Source: Bigelowiella natans CCMP2755 (taxonomy: Eukaryota; Protista; Cercozoa). Taken from it: a DNA stretch of 42,166 nucleotides. This document shows positions 24,836 through 37,124 of this stretch, in pieces. Made by a program: the position numbers and the translations under genes. Numbering within the stretch: position 1 is the first letter of the stretch; the number at the start of each line of letters is the position of its first letter. Under the pieces are notes generated by a model. The model ran no database searches, was not told the DNA's origin, and saw nothing but the letters and a program-made list of their open reading frames with translations. Location: NCBI GenBank assembly GCA_000320545.1, contig ADNK01001085.1:1-42166 (forward strand), in the 5' to 3' direction.

Positions 24836-25261
24836 CTGAAGGCTTTGCCATGGTGTGACAACCCTCCTATGCTGAGCAAGATGTACACACATTACTAACA
24901 TTTAGATGTGTGATGATACCGGTGTTAAACCTACTCTTTGCCTGTAGTTGAAACCTTGGTTCTGCGTGTGCGAGCGCTTTCTTCTCAGGTCAGGTTTTCT
25001 AACCGGTTACCGGCCCTTCCCAGGACGGCAGGTGGAAGTTAATTTTTGAGGTTTGGCCGGGGCAAGTGTTTCCGAGTGTTTCTTTAGTAGATGCGCCTAT
25101 TTGACATGACGCAGGATCAAAACTTAGGCTGTTTTGATGGGATTCTTCATGTTGTTGTCGCAAGAGAAGATTTTATTGCGTTGTCATTATAGATCATTGT
25201 CGCAGGACAAAATTCGAGAAGAGACTGGTTCCGAGGGCGCGTCACCCCCTTCCCCGAGCTG

Positions 25262-26073
25262 ATGGTGGCCAACACGGCGACGGTGTGGCTTCTAATCGCG
25301 GTTGCTGCGGTCATCATACCACCTGCCCTTCCTGTAAGTGTAGCATTATAATTATCTTGAACACAAACAAAAAAGAAGGACGCATCGTATCATCTCTGGC
25401 ACACGAAGGAGCAGCTTTCGGGAAACCTGATTTGATTTGTAATGAAAAGGAGGGAAGGAGAGGGGCAAAAGCGCGAAGGAGACACAGCAGCGACGAATCG
25501 GAAGAGAGGAAATACGAAGAAAAGCGCCATAGACACAAACGCAAAAGCCACCGGAAGCATAAACACGTGAAAACAATAGGTGCCGTAGGTGCGTATATTC
25601 TTGGTTTTTCTCCCGAACTTGAAGATCAAATAGTTCCTCCCATGCCCACTTCTAACTTTATTCTTTAAAAGATTATCTGGGGTGGGGACAGGACAAGACG
25701 TTTCTCCCAAGTAGATCTTGGATGCGAAAAAACGTCACTCAACTCCCCGCCAACAGGCACGGCATTAAGCCGGGGAAATGGTGGGATGGGGTGCACAGAG
25801 GAATCGGCTTCGAAGAGAGAGTGATCCATTGTCAGGAAATGGTAAAATTTTGCTCTAAATTTTATCTTAAAAGTATGGATCAAAGCATTGGAATATCGAT
25901 ACTAAATGATATGTTTCTCCGTTATCAAGGCGACGGCAGAGGTATACGAGAAGGAGGCTCGGATGCAAGCTGTCGATTACTACGATGAATCTGACGATGA
26001 TACCAAACACACACCCTTCATGAGTTCAAGCGTTCGAGTTCCTTTCACCAAAAAAATGATAAATCTATCTTAG
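25262..26073 (+). CDS. BUD13: Short BUD13-like protein (RES splicing complex) with N-terminal hydrophobic leader, 4 exons
   Basis: PANRHGIKPGKWWDGVHRGIGFE matches the Bud13 C-terminal NRxxIxPGxxWDGVxRxxGFE motif. Exon 1 is MVANTATVWLLIAVAAVIIPPALP followed by GTAAGT. TAG at 26071-26073. Confidence 0.78.
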
Positions 26074-26379
26074 TCTATCTGGATTCATGCGTATCGTAGC
26101 TCTTAGACTTAGGACATCCGCGGCACGCCGTGTGCGGTGATGAATACCAGAAATAAGTACCAAAAATGAAGTCCAAATGAATATTCTTTCTTGCTACCAT
26201 GTGTATATATGATGCATTTGGTGTCAAATGCGTCTGTGGAGGCGAACATTGCTAGATTGTGTTCGCCCTTGCTAGCTTGCATCGAATTGCATACTTTGTG
26301 CATATGCGTTATCGGCAAGGCATATACTTATCGGCGTAGATATCACTTATATACTAATTACTATAGACACAATATTATA

Positions 26380-26730
26380 TATGAGACGGATGTAATGAAG
26401 AATTAAATTTTTTCAATGGTCATTATATATATTATATATACGTATGTCTATTGTAATTGTATGCACTTCACATGTAGCGCACAGCTAGTGCCATTGTGTG
26501 GGTGCACCTTAACCATCACACAATGAATTGTCTTTGTTCTGCAATAACGTAGTGGACATTCATCGCGTAGCGAGCAGTTGACGCACTTAGCGGCCTTAAA
26601 ATAGCCAGCCTGCTGGCGACGCGTAGCATTTTAATATGAGACAGAATGTAATGAATTGAGTAAATCTTTTCAATTATCATCCTAATGCATGCAGCTGTGC
26701 TACATATGCACTAAAAGTTGCACAAGTTGC
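26380..26730 (+). repeat. Two copies of the dispersed intergenic repeat
   Basis: GAGACGGATGTAATGAAGAATTAAATTTTTTCAAT near 26383 and GAGACAGAATGTAATGAATTGAGTAAATCTTTTCAAT near 26638. Confidence 0.7.
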
Positions 26731-26963
26731 ATGTGCTAAATGCTCGTCGAAATGAGGCAATGATTGCGTGAAATTAACTAAAACTCTATATTTTTAGTTT
26801 CATCGCCTTTGCGAGTATTGGTGTGCGTGGCAATTAATTGCTCTACTACTAGTGACTGGATATGTGTACTTCTTGACCGAAATGAGGCAACGATTGCATA
26901 GAATTAACTGACACTATATGAGTTGAGATATTGCAATGATCGCGACAAATGGTCGATTGTGAT

Positions 26964-27549
26964 CTAGACGGGTAACGGATCGTCAAATTGTGTCCAAGCC
27001 TCAATGCCAGCATCGAGCTCCGATTTGGAGAGCAAGCACGCATCAAGCTCTCGCGTGATATACGCCTCATCCATACCTACACCAATGAACACTAGTTCCT
27101 GCCGACGGTCGCCGGACTGACTTGCTCGCAATTCATCTTTGATGTTTTCTATCTCCTCCTCTGGCCAATTCTCTTCAGGCGTATCGGCCCACCAAGTTCC
27201 ACCCGAGGTGAGATCGATCAATCCTCCTGCTTGCGACCAAACCATCATCTGCTCCGGCCTGAAGTAATCAAGAAAACATCATAAATCATCATGGCTAGAC
27301 GTTGCAAGTTGAGCCTCTTGTCTTTATCACCTGGACGCAAGCCAGAAGAAGCCTTTCGAGCGTAGGATATTCCGCGGCTTCTTTTTGTGGGCATCATCTT
27401 CATCCGGAGACATGACGGTTTCCATAAAAGCCATTAGACGCTTCGGATGGAATGGTTTGTCGCGTCTTCGGTAGACGAAGCTGTCAATGGCATACCTGAT
27501 TGTAATCGTTATCACCGTCTGTCATGCATGCTCTTTGTCCAGGTGAGTG

Positions 27550-27603
<54 letters not shown>

Positions 27604-27609
27604 TAGAAA

Positions 27610-27648
<39 letters not shown>

Positions 27649-27793
27649 GAGAGGGATAATACTTGTCATGATGGTCTTCTAGGCCCCCTTCGTCACTAGC
27701 TCTCGTTCTGTGAGCTTCGTGTTCACCATTGATGATCTCCAGCCACGTAGGCGACTGTAAGAGTCTAGAATCCACGATGACAAGTAGGAGGGA

Positions 27794-27829
<36 letters not shown>

Positions 27830-28037
27830 GGTTTTCACATATGGAATAAGCACGAAAGTTAAATTTTCAGGATGCAAAGGTAGCTACTCTGATATATACC
27901 AGTAATTATGTGGATCCCTCCCTCTCGCCAACAAACATTTCATACATTTTATTAGTTACTTTTCAAAGTTGAATCGTCCAGTCCCTATCACTTCCTTCAA
28001 ATCCACCTGAATAGTTTCACGTACAGATGACGAAATG

Positions 28038-28073
<36 letters not shown>

Positions 28074-28378
28074 AGATCACATAGCACACCGTCCCCGAGC
28101 ATACTGTACAGCTTTCTCAATTAATTGACCATGATCAATGCCCCCAACCCTTGCACTAGCTATAGTCCGACTCACACCTTTGAGTAATCTGTCTCTATGA
28201 TCTTGGCCTGTGAATTGATAGCTTTGATCAATGTTCTTACTCTGCCGATTTCGTCCTCTGAGAGGAGCGAGGCCTTATTGATGAGTATCACGTCGCTGAA
28301 CTCGACCTGAGCCACCTGTCCGTAGTGTTAGCAGTACTATTTGGTGTACGCATTTATTTATAATAGAATCTATGCGTG

Positions 28379-28412
<34 letters not shown>

Positions 28413-28522
28413 AAGTAATGTAGTAGCAGTAACAATGGTTCGTGGTAAGCGCGGCTATCTATGTTCCCTACCGGATAGGGGCATCAAGGACATACACGAG
28501 AACTTGTTTCAGCAGCCAGCAG

Positions 28523-28585
<63 letters not shown>

Positions 28586-28590
28586 GAGAC

Positions 28591-28639
<49 letters not shown>

Positions 28640-29459
28640 GGTGATAATTATATCTTTGTTAGTCGTGGTGCACCAGAAGCTCATTGAGGGTCCTTACATC
28701 ATCCTCCTCTGCACCTGAATCGAGCAGAGGATGCTAGGTAAGTGTTTCGTTACATTATTGGTCGGTGTGTCGCTATTCTTACCTGCCTCCTCCCGATCCA
28801 CGAGATCATCAGCCGTTTCCATATCGTTAAGAAAGTTGAGGCCATCAACTACAGTGACCATCTGCAGGTTGTTTGCCGCAGTAGGTAATACAGAAAACAA
28901 CAAACACAAATAGCCATCGAGGGGTGTGGTTGCGCGGACATTGCATTGTAGCACCAAAACACCATGCACCGTACCGTGTCGAGATATGCGACGTCCTTGA
29001 GAGTGATGCTCTCCCCTCCTTCCAATTGGAACTCGTCTTTGAAGATTTCGGCCACAGGTCCTGGCTCTGAGATGCCAGTAGACTCCACTACCAAGTGGTC
29101 AAACGCCTACGCGTAATAATTCGCATTCGGGAGGGGGAAATAAGTGTCGTTGATACTATGTTTATGTTTGGTATACATAACCACCTTCTCATCGGCAAGC
29201 TCCTTTATAGATTCCAGGAGATCCTCTCTCAACGTGCAGCTAAGTAGCGGCCATTGTACACGTTTGTTTTGCGGTGTTTGTTATGTGTGGTGGAGGCGAT
29301 CTTGCTAATATACTACTTTAGCCAAATTGGTAAATGTATCGTAAATCTAAATTGTGCAATTTGGTCACAAGACTACCAGATGCACCCGTTGCTCATCTCC
29401 ACGAGTTTCTCGGTGGTGTTCTGAACGTGCATGTTCACCAGCGGTCCATCGATTCCTAA

Positions 29460-29490
<31 letters not shown>

Positions 29491-30035
29491 TGATATAGAA
29501 TATTCATTTGACTAATATTATTATCATCACTATTATCATTATCATCACCATTAACTAAATTTCAGCAATTTTCCGAGAAACTCACTGAAGGCATCCCTTC
29601 CATCATTTGATCCTAAAGCAAGAGTAGTTACCAACCAATTTCTGCCATGTCGTTGACGATAACTGCATACTTCGAACTGTTGCTCCGAGAAGCAAGTATA
29701 TTTTTCAGCAATGTTGTTTTGCCTGCCCCGAGGAAGCCACTAATAACTGTCACGGGTAGTAACCCCTCGTCTTTCTGGGACTTTTTCGTGGCCCTCAACG
29801 TGCAACATTGAATATGGCATCCTCTCGCTCTGGATACGACTTTGGGAGAAAATTGCAGTGAGGATAGCATACGAGCGCCGAGCCTGGTTGAAGTGTGTGC
29901 ATGGGTTCTTAATCTGAGGCCCCTTCCCAAGGAAGATTCAGCGCTCCTGCTTGTGAGCACGATTAGTGCCAACGACGCAGCACATACCGAGGCCAAGAAT
30001 CTCGCAATTGTGTGAGTTTTCGTTCGGAGTTGCAT
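26964..30035 (-). CDS. COG0523/CobW zinc-chaperone GTPase with bipartite (signal + transit) plastid-type presequence
   Basis: Motifs [37 protein letters not shown] (split by an intron), [36 protein letters not shown] and [11 protein letters not shown]. Confidence 0.93.
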
Positions 30036-30420
30036 GTATACCACCGAAAAAGGAGAAATACTATGACAAGAAGCAGCGTTCTCTGATCCTTCGCGGTAAA
30101 GAGGCGCAGTAGCAGCTCAGGCCGATGAGAGAGGGGTATGCATTTTCGACAGCGACAGGACAATCTGGCGAATTCGACGGGAAAACGATGACGTAGATCA
30201 AAATTCTCCTACGTTTCCTTTTAGTTTGATCGCGAGCCGTAAAGCCCAGTTGCAATGGGTTTTTGGCCTGCGACAAGAACAATTTTGTGCGTCAAACGGC
30301 AGTTTGTAACGGTAGGTCTTGATTCGTAGACGATACGAGATCCTACGTCGAACCGGGTCATATTTGGTGCGACCGCCACTGTCCATTTTATGGAAGTGAG
30401 TGCTCAGCTTCGACTTGGCG

Positions 30421-31685
30421 ATGGTTTCAGAATGCAAATCAGGTACATCTGGCATGTGTATGTGTGTTTGTGTCGCTGCGTGGCGGACGATAGTATGAAG
30501 TTTTTACACTGATAATCAAAGGTCATTTTTGCACGTATTGTATCTTTGTCAGACGTGAAGTTGGTGCAACTATCAAGTATAGACAGCTCTTCGTCTCCAG
30601 CTAGGTTCTCTATTCCGAAGGAACATCAAAAAAGAGAAGCGGGGGCTAAGGATGATGAGGACGAGACGAAGCAGGCAAACTGCTGCAGCACCACGATTGC
30701 GCCGAAATACCAGTTCGAAGGAACCCTGATCCTCATATTATTGGCGTTGATTTGGATTACATTCACAGCTGAGCTGATATTAACATCTCTAGACTCCGTC
30801 AGGAACCCCCCAACCTCTACTTCTCAGGAAAGTATTATCGGAAATGCGAACTACCCCCATTTCGAATTCTGCAGTGCTTGGTACGTCAATCCTGGGATGA
30901 GCCCTTCGTGGTTCAAAAACGTGAGTGCTGCATACTATCCTAACTGGGTTTATGGTGCCGTATCGCCCGATAGCCAGCCCATACATCATGAGCTTATCTC
31001 GGCTGCAAAGTATCATCGTAATGGCTCATGTCTCTCTGTGGAATCGCAAGCTTTTACAGTACAATCTAACCACGACTTTATGTCGATACAATTTGGGTTC
31101 GAACCCTCATACAAGGAGTTCTGTGCCTCTGGATGGAATTCAGTCAACTACACCTGTGAAGTATATAAAGACGAATATCCATTCGTCTCCCATGAGCTCG
31201 AAATATATGTCGGAGAGGAGGATGAATCGGTCGCTCAAAAGCAAATCTTCTATATGCCCTATAACAACAAAGAAATAACAGTCTATATGGACCAAGTTAA
31301 TTCAGAGAAACTTGATGGCTCTATTTCGAAATCCTGGTACTTCACGCCCTCGACCAGCGACATAGAAGTATTCAGAAATGAGTTCGGTACACGTAGCTTT
31401 GTGGTTCGATACTGGTTTGTCTTTGCAAATCCCTCGATGCAGGTGGTAAAGGAGGTCAATCCAGTGAATGTGTTTGTGCTACTGGGCTCGGGCATTAGTG
31501 CGGCGCTGTTTGTCGTTGGGATTTGGTCGAAGCTGTGCTTTAGGCCGAATCTTGATGTAAAGTTGCACCCCACCTATCCGGTACGCAAGGTTTTGGCCTG
31601 CAGAAGATGGATCGCGAGAAAGCTTTGTTGTCTAAGAAATTCAAATAATGATTTTGCAGACATGAATAATAAACGCATTGCATAG
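30421..31685 (+). CDS. Two-TM protein with large extracellular loop, PAC/TMEM206 or ENaC/DEG-like; exons 30421-30442 and 30553-31685
   Basis: 379-codon ORF with TM1 (LILILLALIWITFTAELIL) and TM2 (VFVLLGSGISAALFVVGIW). The ATG exon joins through a phase-1 GT-AG intron. Confidence 0.75.
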
Positions 31686-32111
31686 CTTGGCTCAAGTGTT
31701 TAAGCATCTTTATTCAGTTAATTTAGTGTTTAGATTCTACATGAGTAGTGAAAGAGCTTGTAGCAGTTGAAAGAAATCAGTCTAATTTGAGGTATAATTC
31801 CCTGTTATCAATGGTTATTGGGCAACGTAATGATGTGTCGTGATGTCTAAATGCGTCCATGCTAGCAGCACATCAACATGCACGCATTGCACATGCTAGC
31901 ATGGCCAGCTGCAAAACGTGCATGCAATGAACACAGTGATGCTATTTGCAATAAACGCCAGTATAATGCAACACATGTAGAATATGAGACGTGCATGTAC
32001 GTTCAAAAGTCTGCGCAAGGCTGCTCGATGGAGACAACGATAGCAGGGCACACACATAAGGAACTCACAGATGTCACTTGTCTAGTTGTCTCTGCTGCCC
32101 AAGTAGTCGTA

Positions 32112-33160
32112 GCCGCCGTGTTGTGACAATGCCCCACAAAAAATTTCCTTGCTAAAAACGGTTGGAAAATGCTCTAATGCCCAAAAGCAATGTGACTCGC
32201 AATTTCACCATATCATATTGCATGTCTATCATCACCGACACTCCGGACTAGCGGGCACCTATTGCTGAACTAAATTGCTAGAATGCATGACATGTAAATG
32301 CTGCATATAGGCACAGCACATGCCAGCATGTCTTTCATCAAAATGATCTTTGTCGAAATGACGTAACGCAATTAAAAAATCATCGCCAGTGCATCGGGCC
32401 ATGCATTGTCTGCATCGCAGAATGCTTGTGCGTCATGGAGCATTAAGTCTCCCTTTTCTCTAGTTCCAGAACACCTGGAAGGACAAAAAGCACTGGCCGA
32501 GCTCCTATTTCAGGTGGGAGAAACCGTCAACTTTTCCATGTTCTACAACTTTCCCTTTGTTGGATTTTGCATGTTCTTAGTGGGCAAAATCTTTGACGTA
32601 GTCTTTGCCTCCACGTGAACTTCCTTCTGGGAGAATAAAAATGAGAATGCGCCCCTTCAAATCCGAGTGTCTCAGTTCTTCTGTGTGTGGGTTTTTTTGT
32701 GCGTGTGTCCATGTTGGACGATGCCACGCTACCATGCACGTGCGAAAATATTTTGTTTTCCAAATGAGATCCAAATTGTTCTTGCATGAGCCATTTGTCC
32801 AAAGGCTTTCCTGTTTTTGATTTGAACGTTTTCATTTGTCACTTTGGATGAAAACAAACTTGTGGTGTTTTGAAGGTGCTCTGGCTAGAGACTTTATAAC
32901 TTTTGCGATGTGGGCAATGGCGCGATGCTCTGGCGATGATTCTTTCGCTGTGTCATTTCAACAATGAAGATCATTTTGATCGATGAATGATACGTGCTGT
33001 GCCTAGCACTTGCAACGTTATTCTAGAAATTTGGTTCAATCAATACGTAGGTCCGGAGTAGGTGAAATTGCGACTCGCATTTTTTTGGGCATTTTCCAAC
33101 CGTTTTTAGTAGGGAAATTTTTGTAACTTTTCATGTGGGGCATGGTCATGACAAGGCGGC
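32112..33160. mobile_element. Decayed non-autonomous element with long imperfect inverted repeats (about 32112-32422 and 32901-33160)
   Basis: Left-arm blocks CTAAAAACGGTTGGAAAATGC, TCGCAATTTCACC, ACTCCGGAC, TAGGCACAGCAC, ATCAAAATGATCTT and AATCATCGCCAG occur as reverse complements, in mirrored order, in the right arm. Confidence 0.75.
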
Positions 33161-33387
33161 GAGGCTCGATGATGACTGCCAGGCTGACACATATTGTTAG
33201 AGACATTTACAGCATCACACGCCTCTAGACATGATGATGTGCGCACTGTGCATACGTATCGCATACATCGAAGCGCGCCAGGTTGCGATACATGCATGGT
33301 CCGCGATAGTGCCTTTGATGTTGACAATGCATCTGGACACACGTACCATTGACACCGACATATTGACTCACGCTACGGCGTAAATAC

Positions 33388-33448
33388 TTAAGGAAATAAA
33401 ACTTCAGAGTCCCTTCTGGCGCGTGCATTTATAAACCTTCACATACGA

Positions 33449-33506
<58 letters not shown>

Positions 33507-33661
33507 CCAAACAACTGAATAAGTGACAGTATCCCTATTTTTTGGTGGAACATCGATACCATCTATCAAGTTGCTGCAAAGTGAGGCCTGTCAGTTTAGA
33601 TAGTCTCTGCTTCGCCATGAAGTCTGGGTAGGGATTAATGGCGTGATCCTGATAGGTGATA

Positions 33662-33692
<31 letters not shown>

Positions 33693-34653
33693 CGAGGATG
33701 ACGATGATGATGTAATGGTGATTGTAGAGAATGGAGGACGCGAAAAAACGAAGAAGGGTGATATAGTAGGCCAACCGTATGGATAGGAGAAGACAAACAG
33801 GTAAAAGAGATGATCGAGCCGAACATTGCTAACATCATCACGTTGCTAATACTACTATTTTTGGCAATCACTCACCGCAAACCACTCCTCAAGGACATGT
33901 CTCTGCCTGGGATCGAAAAACATACGCCGCCCTTTCGCTGCTGCTGCAGCAGCAGCAGCGCCACCACCACCAGTAGGAGGAGGTTCTGTGTTGCTGCTAT
34001 CATTGTACTTTTTGGTAAAAACAGACAAACGTTATTATCTGTCTGAGCTATTTGATATGTGTAGCTAGCATACACACACTCACACACACACACGAATTTT
34101 TATTTGAGTAGTCTCATACCAAACATACATTTTGATATGATATGTATGATGCACTACATGTTTGTGGCGCTGATGCTGGTGGCGGCGATCACGTTTTGTG
34201 ATAGTAACAGTAGAGATAATGTTATCGTTCCTTGCGTAGTGCATTTTACGCTTATGTTCCTGAAACTGATTCCAAGAAGCGTTGTTTGGGAAAACCTTGA
34301 AATTATAAGTATGCGTCAGCAATGCAACAGCAGAGAGGAAGTCGTGTATTGGTTCATCATCATCATCAGCAGCAGCATCAGTCAGCAGACATCTTATTAT
34401 CGTCGTTGCTGCGTCAATTCTACCTGGGAGCATATTCGGCAAACGAGGTTTGCGCTGCTAGTAGTTTTGCCAGTTCTAGTTGTAGAGAGAGGAGCATCAG
34501 CTGCTTCATTGTGGTCTACTCGTAAATGCCTCTGAGTTGTCGTCATCGTCACCGTCGTTGTCCCGTGCAAGAATATCGTGTTAGGAAAACCAGGAAGAAA
34601 CATAACATCGATCACAGATAGTAAAGTACTGACTTGCGTTGCTACCACTGCTT

Positions 34654-34687
<34 letters not shown>

Positions 34688-36199
34688 GAAGATAACTCAC
34701 CTACATCAACATCATTAGCATTATCGTCATCATCAACAACGGCAACATCAAGAAGAACTTGTTGCCATTATTCTCGCTACTCTATATCCAAGAGCTATAG
34801 CAACTATTTACTCTGCATCAGCTGTAATACTGCTGCAACCCTCACATCTTCGTTTACAAATCTCATCTGCGGCTATTACACCTTTCTCCCTTCGTATGCC
34901 CACAGAGGAACCCCCCCGCCCTAACCTTCATATTTTACTGCTTCTATTTACCACACCTACCTCTAGAAGTGCTTCGAAATAGAAGGCTTTCCTGCAAAAG
35001 TGACAGTGGAACGCGTGACGCGTTCCGTGATGTCTCACCAGATGTTTTCTTAAATCTGCTAACGCTGTAAATGTGCGCGGGGCGTTCACGCAGAAGCGAC
35101 AGCTATACGTATCGCGATGGCTTCGGAGCCTACTTTTATTATAACCCCCATCGACGTCCTCTCTTACAGTAGCAACAGAAGTAAACTTTGCACCATTCCT
35201 CTTCATCGTTGTTTTGCCAGCCGTCATTCTACTAGGACTTTTACGATGGATGTGGTCATAACCAGCCACTCCCTCATTTACATTACTAATGTATGCTATC
35301 TTCACATTGTTGCCTCTTCCGTTTTCTGTAGAATGCTGGCTAGTTTCCCCGATGATGCTGACAGTTTTGATCGAGTAAGCAAGCCCTGCCTCTCTAGCAA
35401 CAACGCTGCTTCCAGCGCTCCATTTACATATTCTGGCGTGGTCTTTTAAGTTTTTCTTTTGCGTGAACGTAGAATTGCATTTAGTGCATTTGAATGGACG
35501 CATTCCGAGATGGATAGAGAGTTTGTGTTTCCGGAGGCTAGATCGATCGTAGAAACTCTTCCTGCAAAGAGAGCATTGCACCGCAGAATCAACTTCGGCG
35601 GGCGACAGTGGGTTTTTGCGATCCGTCGTGGTGGTAGTAGGATCAGGTTTCTTGCAATTATAATTATTATCAATGACAATCACTCTGCTGCCCTTGGAGA
35701 TTTTGGATGATGAAGACGACGATGATAACTTTGAAGATGATGATAAATTTGAAGATGCTAGTAATCGCAGAGGTGATGAAGTAACTTTTGCTACTATAAC
35801 TGTTGCTGGTTTTGTTATGTTTTGGCTGTCATATGTGTTCGAACCATTTAGATATGAAAAGAATGCTGTAGGTGCTTTGGCTCTGGCCACGTCTCTTCTG
35901 TTACTACCAACAGCGCTGGCCGGTCTCATGAAGTGGTGGAAGAATCCATGCCGAATGCGAGACTTGTCCCTATCAGGAGCATTCTGCTGTTGTCGTCTGT
36001 TGTTGGTATCCATAACTATAGGCATTCCGATTAAAACGTCACTGCCTTCTCTTCCAAATGACGCGTATGCATCTCTCTTCCCGAATCTGCTGCACCAGAT
36101 CTTCTTTCTAATTTCGCTGCCATCATTTCTATATGAAGAATCTTCTTCTCCTTTACCACCACTACTACTTCCGAATACGAGCACGACTACTGCAACCAT
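33388..36199 (-). CDS. Transcription factor with about 5 C2H2-type zinc fingers and a C-terminal TALE homeodomain; start uncertain
   Basis: Fingers include CSLC..H..H, CTKC, CRFC, CHFC and CRIC. Spliced homeodomain RRMFFDPRQRHVLEEWFADHAINPYPDFMAKQRLSKLTGLTLQQLDRWFINARARR. Confidence 0.85.
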
Positions 36200-36251
36200 C
36201 CTGGTGGTATTTCTGTGGATCCTGGTAAAAAACGAAGCTTAGTTATTATAT

Positions 36252-36294
<43 letters not shown>

Positions 36295-37124
36295 GCGGGA
36301 TTCTACAAAGCGGCGATAAAATCAACGACTAAAGAAGATATGGTATTTGATAATATTCGAAGAAGAGCAGCTACTACGACTAAACCTCCTTATTTCTTTA
36401 TCGTTTTTCCGAAGTTCTCTCCTCGTTCCATAGCCGCCACCGTGATGAAGATCGCTTGAATCAATCGGAGAAGATCGCTGCAACGTCATTCGCAGCCACT
36501 GGTCCTTTGCATCTCAAGAAAAAGGCCACCGATGGAACATATTATCCGTACTTTGCACTCAAGGTGCATCAGTCTATAACACACTCTCAAGATCGCATGA
36601 TGCTCATTCTCAGAGTGGAGGGGCGACTCCGTAGGTCACGAGTGCTCGTATCGGAAAATAGAGGGGGCAATGTTCCTCTCATCTCAGCCCCTGATCCTTG
36701 TCGCACATGTAAATAGCCATGTTTTAAACACCTTTATTCCATCGCCTGCGACAAGGGATTCAAACCGTTGTAGGAAACATGCCCACGGGCGTTTCTGTGC
36801 TAAATGATCATCAGCATCACATCGGCAATGTCAAACGCGTTGTGTTCGTGGATTACGGTAAATGATTTGGTATGTCTCTCATGGGAAGAGCCCATCATTC
36901 TGCCAAATCCGAATGATTCTTGAGATATCAACTGATGTGTTGTCGGAGATTGAAATTTCCCTGTAATTTTTGTTGGTTTCACCAAACCTGAGACTTGCCA
37001 GCTCGCCCCAGCCCAACGAGTAATATCATCGCGGGGCAAGGGGACTGCAGACGGAAACAGAGGGAGAAAGAAGAATAAGAGCTGGAAATATTGCTTCCTA
37101 TATTTGTTTCGCACTTCTGTGATT

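Noticed and set aside
24838-24851. 14-nt match ATGGCAAAGCCTTC shared with the P4-ATPase start at 37125
   Set aside because: It is a short isolated match, likely chance; that ATG frame does not splice sensibly into the SMARCD exons.
32527-32835. 102-aa ORF inside the inverted-repeat element as a transposase
   Set aside because: It is too short and has no DDE or DNA-binding motif.
35673-36242. 189-aa plus-strand ORF
   Set aside because: It is an antisense shadow of the large zinc-finger exon.
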